From assembly GCA_900318645.1 (NCBI GenBank), contig ONLH01000014.1:17064-81063 (forward strand): DNA of 64,000 nt, read 5' to 3'. The notes under the pieces are model-generated. The model was not told the DNA's origin. It made no database searches and was given only the letters and a program-made list of their open reading frames with translations. Positions 20,066-29,768 of this stretch are shown here, piece by piece. Within the stretch, counting starts at the first letter, position 1. Each line of letters starts with the position of its first letter. The position numbers and the translations under genes are program-made. This DNA comes from an uncultured Prevotellaceae bacterium (GTDB lineage: Bacteria; Bacteroidota; Bacteroidia; Bacteroidales; Muribaculaceae).

Positions 20066-20945
20066 AGTCTTCGCTGTCGGCCATGAACAGACCTACACAG
20101 ATGAAGAAATGAATGATCAGGTACCAGGTGATGAAAAGGGGATGAGGGCGGGCATCGGCACCGAGTCCCACATCGTGGATGGGCTCGATGATTGGCGGAA
20201 GGGTCTCGACTTGATAGAGCGAGTCATGGACGAGTGTAGAAGAATTTTCTACAGCATTGATATACTTGGAGTAACTTCCGTTATTATATGGAAAGATGCG
20301 TTGATAGGTGCGGCACTTCAAGTCAAACTGATAGTTAGGCACATTGTGGCGCAACTTTGTGCGGGCTTCATGATAATTGTCTTCAAGCGCATCATGGCCT
20401 TTCCACTTATTGCTATAGGAGCCTCCATCGACGTTGCCCGCCACATAAACGCCTTGGCTATTCTCAACAGGCGCCACTATATAAGCACTATAATTGTCAG
20501 TGCCGCGATGAGCACTCGCATACACATCATAGCCCCTGCAGTTATCCATCAGGGTGATGGCCTCGTCACTCATGATAAACTCGGCGTTGCCGATGTTATC
20601 GCGGGTGATGCTCTTACAGTGAAGATAGGTCGAAGTGGCATGATGAACATAGTCATTGATCCCAAACAACCCTCCAGCAATGCTCAGAGCGAAAAAAGTA
20701 TGGGCCGAAATGCGATACCTATTCTCTTCAGGTATCGAATAGAAATGTTTCCGCAACAGAAAAACCGTGGCGACAATCCAGCCCGCACCCATGTAGTATC
20801 CCCATGAAAGCCATGAGTACTTCAAGTCGGTACGGTAAACGACAATGCACAGCAACCCAAACAGAGCTACTGACAGCAGTGAACCCGCTGTGAGGAAAAA
20901 AGCGCTGCGCCACCACCGAGGCTGATTGTGCTTACTGTTTAACAC
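20064..20945 (-). CDS. Membrane protein, paralog of the non-protease part of 16993..18531
   Basis: Shared segments LSVALFGLL, W.VAT..LLR, AY..APV..S.GVY, C.T.QRI.P, P.I..P..DV.L; no rhomboid domain; GTG start. Confidence 0.75.
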   Translation of the reverse strand: MLNSKHNQPRWWRSAFFLTAGSLLSVALFGLLCIVVYRTDLKYSWLSWGYYMGAGWIVATVFLLRKHFYSIPEENRYRISAHTFFALSIAGGLFGINDYVHHATSTYLHCKSITRDNIGNAEFIMSDEAITLMDNCRGYDVYASAHRGTDNYSAYIVAPVENSQGVYVAGNVDGGSYSNKWKGHDALEDNYHEARTKLRHNVPNYQFDLKCRTYQRIFPYNNGSYSKYINAVENSSTLVHDSLYQVETLPPIIEPIHDVGLGADARPHPLFITWYLIIHFFICVGLFMADSED

Positions 20946-21256
20946 GGTACAAACTACTTTATAAAACCTTTATGCAAATATGATTAAAAATTTGATTTTA
21001 GCCAACGGCCGAAGAAGCGATCATAAACCTGTAGTCTGTTAAGGGATTCGGCGGGGTAGATTTCTTGTTGTTCATAGTTACATCTCGTTAATCGCACGTT
21101 GCGAACTTTTCGCAATACAAAATTAAAAGATCATTCTCAAGTAACCAAATTTCAATTCAAAAAAAATATCTTTTCTCAATTCAAAGAATACTATCAGGCG
21201 GTTGTTTCACGTTAATTAATTGTCAGTTGGCACTATTCTTGCCAGATGAATGATAG

Positions 21257-22498
21257 ATGCAACGACTGCTGCGGACATATTACTTGACGATGCTGTGTGC
21301 CCTGTGTGCTACGGGTACACTTGAAGCCATGCCCCAGTTGCCCCCATCCGAGCCACAGCCCGCCCAGGAAAAAGAGGACTCGGTGCACGTGAGCCTCGTG
21401 ACCTTCTATCCCGGCAGCGAGCCGCACAACATCTGGGGGCACAGCGAGATACGTGTGCATCAAGGTCCTATCGACCTGTACTTCAACTATGGCGTCTTTG
21501 ACTTTCAGGCTCCTGCATTCATGTGGCGCTTCATGCTGGGCGAGACCGACTACATGTGTCAACCAGTGCCACGCGTCTATGCCACACTGGGCATGGAAGG
21601 CCGCCGCATGGTGGAACAGGAACTCAACCTGCCACAGGACCGTGCCATTGCCGTGCGCAACTTCCTGTGGAACAACGCCCAGCCCGAGAACCGTACCTAT
21701 CGTTACAAATTCCTGAGCGACAACTGCTCTACCCGCCCCCGCGACATCATCGAGATGGCAGCGGGCGACGGGCTGAAATATCCCGCGATGGGCGACACGG
21801 CTGTCACCTATCGTGACATTTTGGCACACTACTGCCGCAACTATGCATGGGAAAAATTCGGCATCGACCTGGTATTGGGCTGGGACGTGGATACCGTGCT
21901 CGACCAGCGCGCCACGATGTTCATCCCGATGATACTGATGGACGCCATCGACCGTGCCACCATCAAGACCGACAGCCTGAATGTGCCGCTAGTCAAGGCG
22001 ACCACCGTGCCCGTCGATGCCAGCACCGCAGGCAAGGTAAAACCGCCTACGCCGTGGTACATCTCGCCCATGGCCGTGGCTCTGCTCGTGCTGCTGCTGA
22101 CGCTGCTCGTCAGCGGCCGTGACTGGCGCCGACGTGACGTCTCGCGCTGGTTCGACACCATGCTGTTTACCACAGCAGGATTGGCTGGCTGCCTCCTGTT
22201 TTTCCTCATCTTCTTCTCTACCCACGAAGCCACTTCCCCCAACATCAATATCGCCTGGCTGCACCCCCTGCTGCTGATGCTGGCTGTGCTGCCCTGGTTC
22301 AAGAAAACCCGCAATGCCGCCCGCTGGCTCCATGCCCTCAACGCACTGGTCGTGGCCCTGCTCATGCTGGCATGGCCGTGGCAACCCCAGGTGGGCAACA
22401 TCGCCTTCTTCCCCCTGATGGCCACCCTGGTGACCCGCTCGTTGACCAACGTGTGGCTGCTTGGCAAGCCCACCCGCGGCCCGACTCCTAGGCGTTAG
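21257..22498 (+). CDS. DUF4105 (Lnb-type lipoprotein N-acyltransferase-like) membrane protein
   Basis: SLVTFYPG....WGHS, FNYGVFDF, YRYKFLSDNCSTRPRD, four C-terminal TMs. Confidence 0.8.
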   Translation: MQRLLRTYYLTMLCALCATGTLEAMPQLPPSEPQPAQEKEDSVHVSLVTFYPGSEPHNIWGHSEIRVHQGPIDLYFNYGVFDFQAPAFMWRFMLGETDYMCQPVPRVYATLGMEGRRMVEQELNLPQDRAIAVRNFLWNNAQPENRTYRYKFLSDNCSTRPRDIIEMAAGDGLKYPAMGDTAVTYRDILAHYCRNYAWEKFGIDLVLGWDVDTVLDQRATMFIPMILMDAIDRATIKTDSLNVPLVKATTVPVDASTAGKVKPPTPWYISPMAVALLVLLLTLLVSGRDWRRRDVSRWFDTMLFTTAGLAGCLLFFLIFFSTHEATSPNINIAWLHPLLLMLAVLPWFKKTRNAARWLHALNALVVALLMLAWPWQPQVGNIAFFPLMATLVTRSLTNVWLLGKPTRGPTPRR

Positions 22499-22638
22499 GC
22501 TTTAGGCATTAGGTGTTAGGTTTAGCACTACTTAAAAACCTTAAAGACCTTCATGTCTTTTTATAGGCCCTAGAGGCCTTAAACGCTCCTATCTGCTAAA
22601 AATCGCTATATCATAGCGGCTAATCAACTAAAAATGTG

Positions 22639-22646
22639 TACTTTTG
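22639..22646 (+). promoter_or_regulatory. Sigma-A -7 promoter element of secA
   Basis: TACTTTTG matches TAnnTTTG, ~50 bp upstream of the ATG. Confidence 0.65.
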
Positions 22647-22698
22647 CAGTTTGGACAACAAAAACAAAACATAAATATATAATACAACAAACCAAGAA

Positions 22699-25600
22699 AT
22701 GGGACTTAGTGACATTTTGAAATCCATGTTTGGCAATAAGTCAACCCGTGACCTGAAGAAGATCACACCTATTGTCAACGAAATCAAAGCAATTTATCCC
22801 GAGATTGACGCTCTGGACATCGACAGCCTGAGACAGCGCACAGCCGACATCCGCCAGCAGCTCAACGACTCGGTACAGGACAAGCGAGACGAGATTGACC
22901 GCATCAAGGCCGAAATCGAGACCCTCGAGTATGAGGAGCGTGAACCGCTGTGGAAGAAAGTCGATGACATCCAGAAGGAGATTCTCGACGTTCTCGAGGA
23001 CAAGCTCAACGAGGTGTTGCCCACCGTGTTTGCCATCGTGAAATCCACGGCACGCCGCTTTGCCGAGAACGAGACCATTACCGTTACCGCCACCCAGCTC
23101 GACCGTGACCTGGCTGCCCAGGGCAAGGACTTCGTGAGCATCGAGGGTGACAAGGCAATTTACACCAACCACTGGATTGCCGGTGGCAACGACATGAAGT
23201 GGGATATGATCCACTACGACGTTCAGCTCATCGGTGGTATCGTGCTGCACCAGGGTAAGATTGCCGAGATGGCCACTGGTGAAGGTAAAACCCTGGTGGC
23301 TACCCTGCCCGTCTTCCTGAACGGTCTGACCGGCAACGGTGTCCATGTGGTAACCGTCAACGATTACCTGGCCAAGCGCGATAGCGAGTGGATGGGACCG
23401 CTCTACATGTTCCATGGCATGACCGTGGCTTGTATCGACAAGACCGAGCCCAACTCGCCCCAGCGCCGTGCCGCCTACAACTGCGACATCACCTTCGGTA
23501 CCAACAGTGAGTTCGGTTTCGACTACCTGCGCGACAATATGGCCATGCGCCCCGAGGACATGGTACAGCGCCCCCACAACTTCGCCATCGTCGATGAGGT
23601 CGATAGCGTGTTGATCGATGACGCCCGTACCCCGTTGATCATCTCTGGCCCGGTGCCCAAGGGCGAAGACCAGATGTTCAACCAATTCAAGCCCAACGTG
23701 GAGCGCGTCTATAACGCTCAGCGCCAGCTGGTGACCGGCTTGCTTGCCGATGCCAAGAAGATGATGGCCAGCGACGACCAGGAGACCGTCAAGGAAGGTA
23801 CCCTGCGACTCTACCGCGCCTTCAAGGGTCTGCCCAAGTATAAGCCGCTGATCAAGTACCTGAGTGAGGAGGGTGTCAAGGCCGCCATGCTCAAGACCGA
23901 GGCCTACTACATGCAGGACAACAACCGCGAGATGCCCACCGTGACCGATCCCCTGTTCTTCATCATCGACGAGAAGAACAATTCTGTCGAGATGACCGAT
24001 AAGGGTATCGACGTGCTCACCAGGGGTACCGACGATCCCGAGTTCTTTATCCTTCCTGACATCGCCGCCCAGCTGTCGGCAGTGACCAACGAGCCGCTGA
24101 CCGAGGAGGAGAAGATGAACAAGAAGGACGAGCTGCTCGCCAACTATTCGGTCAAGGCCGAGCGCGTACACACCGTGACCCAGCTCTTGAAGGCCTATAC
24201 CCTGTTCAACCGCGACGACGAGTATATCGTCGATGCCGAGGGCAAGGTAAAGATTGTCGATGAGCAGACGGGCCGTGTGATGGAGGGACGCCGCTACAGC
24301 GACGGTCTGCACCAGGCTATCGAGGCCAAGGAGGGTGTGAACGTCGAGGCTGCAACCCAGACGTTTGCCACCATCACGCTGCAGAACTACTTCCGCATGT
24401 ACCACAAGCTGGCAGGTATGACCGGTACCGCCGAGACCGAGGCCGGTGAGTTCTGGGACATCTACAAGCTGGATGTCGTGACCATCCCGACCAACAAGCC
24501 CGTGATCCGCAACGATATGGCCGACCGCGTTTACAAGACGCAGAAGGAGAAATTCAATGCCGTTATCGCCGAGATTGAAACCATGCGCAATTCGGGACGT
24601 CCCACGCTGGTGGGTACCACGAGCGTCGAAATCAGTGAGATGCTGAGCCGCATGTTGAACCTGCGCCACATCCCGCACAACGTCCTCAACGCCAAGTTGC
24701 ACCAGAAGGAGGCCGACATCGTCGCACAGGCCGGTCAGGCCATCGACGGCAAGGGTGTCGTGACCATCGCCACCAACATGGCAGGTCGTGGTACCGATAT
24801 CAAGCTCTCGCCCGAGGTGAAGGCCGCCGGCGGTCTTGCTATCATCGGTACCGAGCGCCACGAGTCTCGCCGTGTGGACCGCCAGCTGCGAGGCCGTGCC
24901 GGTCGTCAGGGTGACCCGGGTTCATCAGTATTCTTCGTTTCGTTCGAGGATAAGCTGATGCGTCTGTTCGCCCCCGAGAGGACAGTCAAGATGCTGGACC
25001 GCATGGGACTCAAGGATGGCGAGGCCATCGAGAGCAACATGGTGACCAAGAGTATCGAGAATGCCCAGAAGCGCGTCGAGGAAAACAACTTCGGTATCCG
25101 TAAACACCTGCTCGAGTATGACGACGTGATGAACGCCCAGCGCAAGGTGATTTACTCCCGCCGTCACCACGCCCTCATCGGCGAGCGTATCGGCCTGGAT
25201 ATCATCAACACCCTCTATGACAGTGTAGAGGACATGATCGAGAAATACGGTCCCGACGATTACGAGGACTTCCAGATGCAGGTGCTCAAGACCTTCGCCA
25301 TTGAGGCGCCCTACAACGAGGAAGAATATCGCCGCATGGACGATGGCAAGAAGCAGGAAGTGCTGTACAACAGCGTATTGAAGGCATTCAACCGCAAGAT
25401 GGAACGTCTGAGCGAGGTGGCCGATCCCATCATCCAACAGATTGTCGAGAAGCAGATTGCTGATGGCATGGAGCCCCAGGGACTCATCCGCGTGCCCATC
25501 ACCGACGGCAAGCGCGTCTTCGGTATCGTCATCGACATCAAGGAAGCTGCCGAGACCCATTGCAAGTCACTCACCAAGCAGTGGCAGAAGGCTGTCATGC

Positions 25601-26031
25601 TGCTCACCATCGACGACAACTGGAAGGAACACCTGCGTGAAATGGACCAGTTGCGCCAGAGCGTGCAGAACGCAAGCTATGAGCAGAAGGACCCGCTGGT
25701 AATCTACAAGACCGAGGCCTTCAACATGTTCAAGCAGATGGTTGGTATCATGAACGGCAAGTCCATCGCCATCCTCATGCGTGGCCAGATTCCCGAGGCA
25801 CCGCCCCAAGAGAACGTCCAGCAGAATGAGCCGCAGCCTCGCCAGCAGCGCTACAGCGAGGGTCGTGGCGGTCAGCCCGATCCCAGCCGTCCCAACGCGC
25901 CCGTCGGTCCGCGTCCCCAGGGTCCCGTAGGCCCCATCCGCAACGAGGGTCCCAAGATCGGCCGCAACGATCCCTGCCCCTGCGGTAGCGGCAAGAAATA
26001 CAAGAACTGCCACGGCCGCGGCCTGGCATAA
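22699..26031 (+). CDS. secA: Protein translocase subunit SecA
   Basis: [42 protein letters not shown]-terminal SEC-C motif [19 protein letters not shown]. Confidence 0.99.
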   Translation: MGLSDILKSMFGNKSTRDLKKITPIVNEIKAIYPEIDALDIDSLRQRTADIRQQLNDSVQDKRDEIDRIKAEIETLEYEEREPLWKKVDDIQKEILDVLEDKLNEVLPTVFAIVKSTARRFAENETITVTATQLDRDLAAQGKDFVSIEGDKAIYTNHWIAGGNDMKWDMIHYDVQLIGGIVLHQGKIAEMATGEGKTLVATLPVFLNGLTGNGVHVVTVNDYLAKRDSEWMGPLYMFHGMTVACIDKTEPNSPQRRAAYNCDITFGTNSEFGFDYLRDNMAMRPEDMVQRPHNFAIVDEVDSVLIDDARTPLIISGPVPKGEDQMFNQFKPNVERVYNAQRQLVTGLLADAKKMMASDDQETVKEGTLRLYRAFKGLPKYKPLIKYLSEEGVKAAMLKTEAYYMQDNNREMPTVTDPLFFIIDEKNNSVEMTDKGIDVLTRGTDDPEFFILPDIAAQLSAVTNEPLTEEEKMNKKDELLANYSVKAERVHTVTQLLKAYTLFNRDDEYIVDAEGKVKIVDEQTGRVMEGRRYSDGLHQAIEAKEGVNVEAATQTFATITLQNYFRMYHKLAGMTGTAETEAGEFWDIYKLDVVTIPTNKPVIRNDMADRVYKTQKEKFNAVIAEIETMRNSGRPTLVGTTSVEISEMLSRMLNLRHIPHNVLNAKLHQKEADIVAQAGQAIDGKGVVTIATNMAGRGTDIKLSPEVKAAGGLAIIGTERHESRRVDRQLRGRAGRQGDPGSSVFFVSFEDKLMRLFAPERTVKMLDRMGLKDGEAIESNMVTKSIENAQKRVEENNFGIRKHLLEYDDVMNAQRKVIYSRRHHALIGERIGLDIINTLYDSVEDMIEKYGPDDYEDFQMQVLKTFAIEAPYNEEEYRRMDDGKKQEVLYNSVLKAFNRKMERLSEVADPIIQQIVEKQIADGMEPQGLIRVPITDGKRVFGIVIDIKEAAETHCKSLTKQWQKAVMLLTIDDNWKEHLREMDQLRQSVQNASYEQKDPLVIYKTEAFNMFKQMVGIMNGKSIAILMRGQIPEAPPQENVQQNEPQPRQQRYSEGRGGQPDPSRPNAPVGPRPQGPVGPIRNEGPKIGRNDPCPCGSGKKYKNCHGRGLA
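25981..26031 (+). repeat. 51-bp direct repeat, left copy (last 17 codons of secA including the stop)
   Basis: tgcggtagcggcaagaaatacaagaactgccacggccgcggcctggcataa, identical to 29694-29744. Confidence 0.97.
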
Positions 26032-26051
26032 GCCAGTTCTTAAACCACACA

Positions 26052-26087
26052 ATTCACGCCAGCCCCCAAGTGAGGACTGGCGTGAAT
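26052..26087 (+). terminator. secA terminator hairpin
   Basis: attcacgccag...ctggcgtgaat followed by gtttatt. Confidence 0.7.
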
Positions 26088-26149
26088 GTTTATTATCAGA
26101 CTTCAGGAAAAAACGTTTATCCTAGATATGACTAATCCTTTAATCGCTT

Positions 26150-26425
26150 TTATTTCTTGCCATAATGGGAATGCATGGCGAGAATGTGAACAATAATACG
26201 GTCATCATCAACGGTGTAAATGAGGCGATGCTCTCGATTAATGCGACGAGACCACATCCCGGCAAGGGAAAAGCGCAGGGCTTCAGGTTTGCCGATGCCA
26301 GTGTATGGGTGTTGGGCTATATCAGCAAGCAGGAGCTTGATACGATTCACAACTTTTACATTACCGCTCTTGACAAAAGCATTGTAATGGTCAATCGCCG
26401 TTTGAGTAAGGACTATTTGGTACAT
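26150..26425 (-). CDS. yoeB: Txe/YoeB family toxin
   Basis: PYTGIGKPEALRFSLAGMWSRRINREHRLIY; overlaps the antitoxin stop. Confidence 0.93.
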   Translation of the reverse strand: MYQIVLTQTAIDHYNAFVKSGNVKVVNRIKLLLADIAQHPYTGIGKPEALRFSLAGMWSRRINREHRLIYTVDDDRIIVHILAMHSHYGKK

Positions 26426-26703
26426 GAGACACGGTCAAGCAATTGGTCTATTGATTCTCCTTCCTGTTGTGCTGTCACTCGACCATAAACGATATCATCC
26501 TCGGCAGCCACAAGCGATTGCATGAGCTGCGGGCGTTGCAACACAAACTCTGTCTCCATGATAGCATTATAATCCTCAAGGCTAATGACCACAACACTCT
26601 CGGCCCCAGGGCGGCTTACAATCAGCGGCTCATTATCAGCCGCCACTGCATCAAGAAAACTCTTCAAATTGTTCCTCAAATCAGTATAATTGGTCGTTTT
26701 CAT
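26413..26703 (-). CDS. yefM: Phd/YefM family antitoxin
   Basis: MKTTNYTDLRNNLKSFLDAV..DNEPLIVSR...VVVISLEDYNAIMET (ATG 26703). Confidence 0.92.
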   Translation of the reverse strand: MKTTNYTDLRNNLKSFLDAVAADNEPLIVSRPGAESVVVISLEDYNAIMETEFVLQRPQLMQSLVAAEDDIVYGRVTAQQEGESIDQLLDRVSCTK

Positions 26704-26725
26704 AATATCTCCTTTTAATTCACAG

Positions 26726-26754
26726 CACAAAGATAAGTACTTTTTTCAGTACTT
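26726..26754 (-). promoter_or_regulatory. TA promoter (-7 TATCTTTG) with adjacent inverted-repeat operator
   Basis: aagtact-tttttc-agtactt at 26735-26754 directly abuts minus-strand TATCTTTG; YefM-type antitoxins autorepress through such palindromes. Confidence 0.7.
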
Positions 26755-27112
26755 GCAAGCTTCTCACCAAAATATCAGCAAGTTTTATAACTTTTTGTTA
26801 TTAAGCCTTGTAAAACACACATAATTCCATTATTTTTGCCACCGATTAAGGCAACTATAGTCTTAATCGCGAACATCGTTGAACAAAAAGAAGCGTATTG
26901 CTTTTACTTGTAACAGAAAACGTAGGAAATTTTCTAAAAGACGCAAGTATGGCGATGCGGCTTCCACGCTACGGCGTGGGCTGCAATTTCCATATCTTCG
27001 TCTGCTGGTATCTTACGACCATCTGTTAGAGGTGTGGCGATTCAGTTCACGCTTCTATTTATATAATTAAATCGCCCCTGAGAACTGCACTGGCAATAGG
27101 AGACAAATTTGT

Positions 27113-29005
27113 ATGAAAACACTAAACCCAATCTTACGCACCATCCTGCTGACCCTCACTCTCGTTAGCACCGCCACCACCGCTTTCGCCTACTCCTTTA
27201 TGGTTAATGGCATCTATTACATTATAAATGGTGATGAAGCAACTGTAACATATAAAAGACAATACTCAGAATATGTTGGTAACAATATTTATCATACATA
27301 TTACGAAACTGATTGTTCTGGAGATGTTATTATTCCAGAAACTGTCACATTCAATGGTAAAACTTACACAGTTACAGCTATTGGTGATTACGCATTCTAT
27401 AATCGCTATTCATCTTCTTCGTTAACATATATAAATATTCCAAATACAGTCAGAACAATTGGAATTAATGCGTTTTATAATTGTGCTGGGCTTAAAGAAA
27501 TCACAATCCCAGTCTCCGTAACTTCTATAAATGATTATACGTTTTATGGTTGTAAAGGATTATTATATCTGACTGTTCCAAATACGATAACTTCAATTGG
27601 CAATTATGCTTTTTATAATTGTAGTAAATTAGCTACTTTATTCATCGGGAGCTCAGTAACAACTATAGCATCTTCAGCATTCTCTGGATGTCCATTATCA
27701 TCTATCACCTGCTATGCTATAACTCCACCATCTACTGATGGTTTCTACGATTACTCTGCTAATTTATATGTTCCAAAGGAATCTGTTGAACTGTATCGGA
27801 CAACATCTGGATGGAACTATTTTACAAATGTCTATGGATTTGGGAATGATTCTTTCTCTATTCCTGATGAAACGTCATTCCATGGTGATACTATTGTGAT
27901 TCCCGTATCCATGCAGAATGAGAGTACGATTACCGCATTCCAGACGGATGTTTATCTGCCTGATGGATTTGAATTGGTTAATGTAAATGGTGAGTATCAG
28001 GTAAGTCTCTCTGACCGCAAGGGGCGTGACCATGTCATCATGGTGAATGATGCGCCCGATGGAGCTTTGCGCGTGTTGAGTTATTCACCGACCTTGAAGG
28101 CCTTTAAAAACAATGAGGGTGAGTTGTTCTATATCACCATCAAGGTACCCGAGGGTGTCAGTGGCACGTTCCCCATTTGGTTAAGAAACACGATATTGAC
28201 CTCTACTGATGAGGAAGAACTTTATGCCATTGACGCATTGAGTAACGTGAGTGTCACTAACATCATCAAGGGTGACGCAAATATGAGCGGTGGTATCACT
28301 ATCGCCGATGTGGTAGTAACAGCTAAATATATTCTTTTCCAAAATCCTGAGCCATTTAACCTTGAGGCTGCAGATATGAATGGTGACGGCAAGATTACGA
28401 TCACTGATGTTGTAAAGATTGCTAATCTTGTGCTTGACCAAGATTATGATGAGCCCACTAACATGCGCATGATGACGTCAAACGTGGTTGGCGACCGCAT
28501 GAGTGGAGAGGTTATCGGCAACACAGTCTGCATCAATCTGGACAATGATATGGAATATACTGCATTGCAGCTTGACTTGACCTTGCCCGAAGGCATGACG
28601 GCAAGCGATTTTGCACTGACTGAGCGCGCTAGCAGCCTGGGCCTTAGCATGAAAGACAAGGGCAACGGTAAAATCCGCGTTCTTGCTTACACCCCTAATC
28701 TGAAAACCATCAAGGGCAACGAGGGCACGCTCTTGACCTTCAATGTGGATGGCACAAGGGGCGATATCAAGGTTGATCGCATTGAAGTGGTAAACCTGAA
28801 TGGAGAAAGCACCCATCTGCAAGGCTTTACCATTGCAGCTATCACCCCGACTGCATTGAAAGAGATGGCCACAGGAAAGGCTATCTCCAGCGTCAATTAC
28901 TTCAACCTTGCAGGTCAGCAAATGACCGAGCCCGCAAGTGGTGTGACAATTGTTGTCACCACCTACAGCGACGGGTCACGCTCCACCAGCAAAGTCGTCC
29001 GATAA
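27113..29005 (+). CDS. Secreted BspA-type LRR_5 protein with cohesin-like, dockerin, second cohesin-like and T9SS-like C-terminal domains
   Basis: Signal peptide; IPxSVTSIGxYAFYNC repeats; TIVIPVSMQN..TITAFQTDVYLPDG; GDANMSGGITIADV...ADMNGDGKITITDVV; CTD GKAISSVNYFNLAGQ...IVVTTYSDG. Confidence 0.85.
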   Translation: MKTLNPILRTILLTLTLVSTATTAFAYSFMVNGIYYIINGDEATVTYKRQYSEYVGNNIYHTYYETDCSGDVIIPETVTFNGKTYTVTAIGDYAFYNRYSSSSLTYINIPNTVRTIGINAFYNCAGLKEITIPVSVTSINDYTFYGCKGLLYLTVPNTITSIGNYAFYNCSKLATLFIGSSVTTIASSAFSGCPLSSITCYAITPPSTDGFYDYSANLYVPKESVELYRTTSGWNYFTNVYGFGNDSFSIPDETSFHGDTIVIPVSMQNESTITAFQTDVYLPDGFELVNVNGEYQVSLSDRKGRDHVIMVNDAPDGALRVLSYSPTLKAFKNNEGELFYITIKVPEGVSGTFPIWLRNTILTSTDEEELYAIDALSNVSVTNIIKGDANMSGGITIADVVVTAKYILFQNPEPFNLEAADMNGDGKITITDVVKIANLVLDQDYDEPTNMRMMTSNVVGDRMSGEVIGNTVCINLDNDMEYTALQLDLTLPEGMTASDFALTERASSLGLSMKDKGNGKIRVLAYTPNLKTIKGNEGTLLTFNVDGTRGDIKVDRIEVVNLNGESTHLQGFTIAAITPTALKEMATGKAISSVNYFNLAGQQMTEPASGVTIVVTTYSDGSRSTSKVVR

Positions 29006-29020
29006 TATAATCGTCTCCCC

Positions 29021-29680
29021 ATGATGAAAAAACTTATATTAGTCGCGGTCATGGCGGTGGCACTTAGTGCCACTGCTGCCAACCGCTTTTACCTCCCGAA
29101 CTTCACCATCGCAGTTGGTGAGACCATGCAGTTGGCGATGATTTTGGAAAATGACGAACTGTTCACAGCTTTCCAAACAGATTTGATACTTCCTCAAGGA
29201 TTATCGGTAGTAGAAGATGATGGTGATTACCTCTTTGATTTGACCAGCCGCAATGCCAGCGACCAAGTTATTATCAGCAAGCTGCGACCTGATGGGGCCC
29301 TAAGGATGGAATCCTTCTGCATGAGCGTGAGACCTTATTCAGGCACGAGCGGGACGCTTGTCGTCATCAACCTAACTGCAGACCAAAGCTTTACTGGTCC
29401 AGCAACTATAAAATTGAAGAACTCATTTTTCTGTACTATAGAGGGTGTTGAATTCATCCTTCCTCAAGAGAGTTGTGAGGTACAATTACTGCCACAGCAG
29501 ATTAAAGGTGATGCAAACGGTGACGGAAAAATGAGCATCAGCGACGTGACCTGGGTCATCAACTATCTGTTGGTGGGATGCAGCTCATCATTCCACATCG
29601 AGAATGCTGATATCAACGATGATGGCAACATCAGTATCGCCGACGTGACAGCATTAATCAATATGCTCTTGCAGGAATAG
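29021..29680 (+). CDS. Secreted cohesin-like + dockerin protein
   Basis: Signal peptide; ILENDELFTAFQTDLILPQG; GDANGDGKMSISDVTWVINYLL...ADINDDGNISIADVTALINMLL. Confidence 0.82.
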   Translation: MMKKLILVAVMAVALSATAANRFYLPNFTIAVGETMQLAMILENDELFTAFQTDLILPQGLSVVEDDGDYLFDLTSRNASDQVIISKLRPDGALRMESFCMSVRPYSGTSGTLVVINLTADQSFTGPATIKLKNSFFCTIEGVEFILPQESCEVQLLPQQIKGDANGDGKMSISDVTWVINYLLVGCSSSFHIENADINDDGNISIADVTALINMLLQE

Positions 29681-29693
29681 ACACATTCGGCAA

Positions 29694-29744
29694 TGCGGTA
29701 GCGGCAAGAAATACAAGAACTGCCACGGCCGCGGCCTGGCATAA
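29694..29744 (+). repeat. 51-bp direct repeat, right copy (orphan secA 3' end)
   Basis: Exact match to 25981-26031; 13 bp after the dockerin gene stop. Confidence 0.97.
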
Positions 29745-29768
29745 TTGCCAACGGCGATAACATCCAAC

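Larger units (their letters stand above)
26032..29693. mobile_element. Integrase-less genomic islet inserted at the secA 3' end
   Basis: Bracketed by perfect 51-bp direct repeats; carries a TA pair and two lower-GC surface-protein genes. Confidence 0.75.

Noticed and set aside
19773-20807. 344-aa plus-strand ORF containing KCVVSAK repeats
   Set aside because: It is antisense to two better-supported genes; the 33-bp unit is simply stop-free in that frame
22741-24861. 706-aa ORF antisense to secA (likewise 41613..42704 against bamA and 37531..38115)
   Set aside because: Shadow ORFs caused by GC-biased codon usage; no recognisable motifs
26879-27070. 63-aa basic ORF before the LRR gene
   Set aside because: TTG start and no homology cues; better explained as a structured leader
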